In this document: positions 22,794 to 24,000 of the stretch, piece by piece
Layout of the letters: each line of letters starts with the position of its first letter
Numbering within the stretch: the first letter of the stretch is position 1
From: Alphaproteobacteria bacterium
GTDB taxonomy: Bacteria > Pseudomonadota > Alphaproteobacteria > Paracaedibacterales > CAIULA01
Length of the DNA: 24,000 bases
Reading direction: 5' to 3'
Assembly (NCBI GenBank): GCA_026400645.1
Contig: JAPLOP010000008.1
Span: forward strand, 11,484 to 35,483
Notes under the pieces: generated by a model
The model's input: only the letters and a program-made list of their open reading frames with translations
Told to the model about the DNA's origin: nothing
Databases searched by the model: none
Made by a program: the position numbers and the translations under genes

Positions 22794-22865
22794 TCCCGTC
22801 ATCCCGCAACTTGATCGCGGGATCCATATTGTGGACCCCGTGGTCAAGCCACGGGGTGACGGGGG
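22794..22865 (+). repeat. nested-palindrome repeat, family 2, copy 2 (most regular copy); terminator-like on + strand
   Basis: ctcccgtca-t-[cccgcaa cttga tcgcggg]-atcca-tattg-tggac-[cccgtgg tcaag ccacggg]g-tgacggggg, followed by tgtttttt. Lies between convergent genes (ymdB-like and formyltransferase). Confidence 0.85.
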
Positions 22866-22952
22866 TGTTTTTTATTGAACAATAAAACAGAAAACAATAG
22901 ACAATTTTGAAAAAACAAAGTATTAGTCAGATTTTTAATTGAAAAACAGTCT

Positions 22953-23831
22953 CTATGAAAATAGTTTATAGTCCACCAGAACAATCCTCTCCATCCCCCT
23001 TGGGCCACAAGCGATTTCTGTTCCTGCGCCAGAACGATGCGTGACTTCCCCAACGGGCCGAGGCTCAAAAATCCCGTTCGTTGGGATTTGACTTTTCAGC
23101 ACAGTCACAGCCTCCCCCTCGATCTCAGCAAATGCAGGGGGGTACTGCGGAGACGGCTGAAGGGCGCGAATCAGATTATAAATTTGCCATGCTCCCATCG
23201 TCCAATCAATCTTTCCATCCTCCGCGCACCGGCCACCGAAATAGGTTGCATCCTTTTCGTCCTGAACAACACGCGGGGCCGTCCCAGCCCTTAGTTGGGG
23301 TAATTGACGCATGACAATTTTTTGGGCTGCCTGGTTGATTTTTTCCATAACAATACCGGCCGTGTCAGTGATGTCTATCGGGACAGATTCTTGGTCAACA
23401 ATATCACCTGCGTCGGCCTTTTTAACCATGTAATGCAAGGTCGCCCCAGTGCGCGCCTCTCCGTGAATCATGGCCCAGTTGACGGGACACCGCCCCCTGT
23501 ATTTTGGCAACAACGACCCATGCATGTTAAATGCCCCAAGCCGTGGGATCCCTATAATCCCGTCCGAAATCATCTGGCGATAATAAAACGAAAAAATCAG
23601 ATCCGGCTGCATCTGACGAATCAATTGAATCATCTCGGGCGTATTGGGATTGGCTGGCGTAAAAACAGGAATCGACCGTTGCCGTGCCAGATCCGCCACC
23701 GAATCGAACCAAATTGATTCTGTCGCGGAATTTTCGTGTGTGATAACGCCAACGATTTTTTCCCCTTGGTCGATCAGGATTTTCAGGCAATCGTGGCCAA
23801 GCTGGCTATAGGCAAAGACGAGGCTTGTCAT
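22953..23831 (-). CDS. formyltransferase, ArnA N-terminal-domain type (UDP-4-amino-sugar formyltransferase-like), stand-alone
   Basis: 292 aa and collinear with the E. coli ArnA formyltransferase domain as recalled: VFAY...G...L...G..I..V.TH, PDLIFSFYYRQMI, GAFNMHGSLLPKYRGRCPVNWA (the N-H..D catalytic framework with HGSLLP), TGATLHYMVKKADAGDIV. An AAGGGA SD precedes the ATG at 23831. Confidence 0.85.
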   Translation of the reverse strand: MTSLVFAYSQLGHDCLKILIDQGEKIVGVITHENSATESIWFDSVADLARQRSIPVFTPANPNTPEMIQLIRQMQPDLIFSFYYRQMISDGIIGIPRLGAFNMHGSLLPKYRGRCPVNWAMIHGEARTGATLHYMVKKADAGDIVDQESVPIDITDTAGIVMEKINQAAQKIVMRQLPQLRAGTAPRVVQDEKDATYFGGRCAEDGKIDWTMGAWQIYNLIRALQPSPQYPPAFAEIEGEAVTVLKSQIPTNGIFEPRPVGEVTHRSGAGTEIACGPRGMERIVLVDYKLFS

Positions 23832-23841
23832 TTTTTATCCC

Positions 23842-24000
23842 TTTATGCCGCCGTAGGATTAGCGGAGAATCCCTGTTCCGAATCAGCCGGCGATATCTGG
23901 TCATCGTGATGATCCGGATCCGAACCTGATTGGCCTGGTCTCAATTTTTCTAGTTTTTCAAAATAAGAGATACTTGCCAAAAAGCCCAAAGAAGCCGGGA
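23842..24000 (-). CDS. 3' end of an upstream gene in the same transcription direction (product not identifiable from 52 codons)
   Basis: The minus-strand frame is open from the window edge to TAA at 23844-23842 (..LGFLASISYFEKLEKLRPGQSGSDPDHHDDQISPADSEQGFSANPTAA*). It stops 10 nt before the formyltransferase ATG, which suggests an operon. An ArnC-like glycosyltransferase would fit the context, but that cannot be shown from this fragment. Confidence 0.35.

Noticed and set aside
22794-22865. Family-2 elements as integron attC sites (structure-conserved imperfect palindromes with extrahelical bases).
   Set aside because: There are no RYYYAAC/GTTRRRY core sites at the ends, no intI gene and no cassette-like ORF arrangement. 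The resemblance is only conceptual.
23304-23717. 137-aa plus-strand ORF opposite the formyltransferase.
   Set aside because: The minus frame aligns along its length with the ArnA formyltransferase domain. The plus ORF has no motifs.
1-24000. CRISPR arrays, rRNA genes, tmRNA/RNase P-like RNAs, and complete IS elements with transposase plus terminal inverted repeats.
   Set aside because: I saw no regularly spaced direct repeats with unique spacers, no rRNA-like conserved blocks, and no transposase ORF flanked by inverted repeats. The Rpn-like gene has no matching repeat on its 3' side.

Overview
The window reads as an alphaproteobacterial chromosome segment around dnaA. The taxon call is inference, based on an aroQ-accB-accC block, a GTA-type terminase and alphaproteobacterial-looking UvrD and MsbA-like proteins. 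Several genes suggest a host-associated or intracellular lifestyle (inference): an organophosphate:Pi antiporter, a signal-peptide protein with ribonuclease-inhibitor-type LRRs, a PD-(D/E)XK Rpn-like nuclease and dispersed palindromic repeats. Well-supported core genes are pgk (partial), dnaA, an OPA-family MFS transporter, rpmE, uvrD, aroQ, accB, accC, an MsbA-like ABC exporter, tRNA-Ser(CGA), a YmdB-type metallophosphoesterase and an ArnA-N-terminal-type formyltransferase. Accessory content falls in two places. At 1-4.3 kb there are two tandem class-3 lipase paralogs, a zincin-like protein with an altered HExxH motif, and a possibly TssJ-like lipoprotein abutting dnaA. At 14.3-21.4 kb there are the Rpn-like nuclease, a second AT-rich ABC exporter, an orphan DUF4280 (PAAR-like) gene, the LRR protein, two membrane proteins and an orphan GTA-type terminase. 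The least ordinary signals are two non-coding repeat families. One is a nested-palindrome element of about 72-87 bp in three copies, with fixed CTTGA/TCAAG hairpin loops and stems that covary between copies. The other is a 158-bp end-to-end imperfect palindrome (MITE-like) in two inverted copies bracketing about 8 kb. I see no CRISPR array, no rRNA and no recognisable complete secretion or defence operon. The idea that the accessory genes form a system is a hypothesis only.
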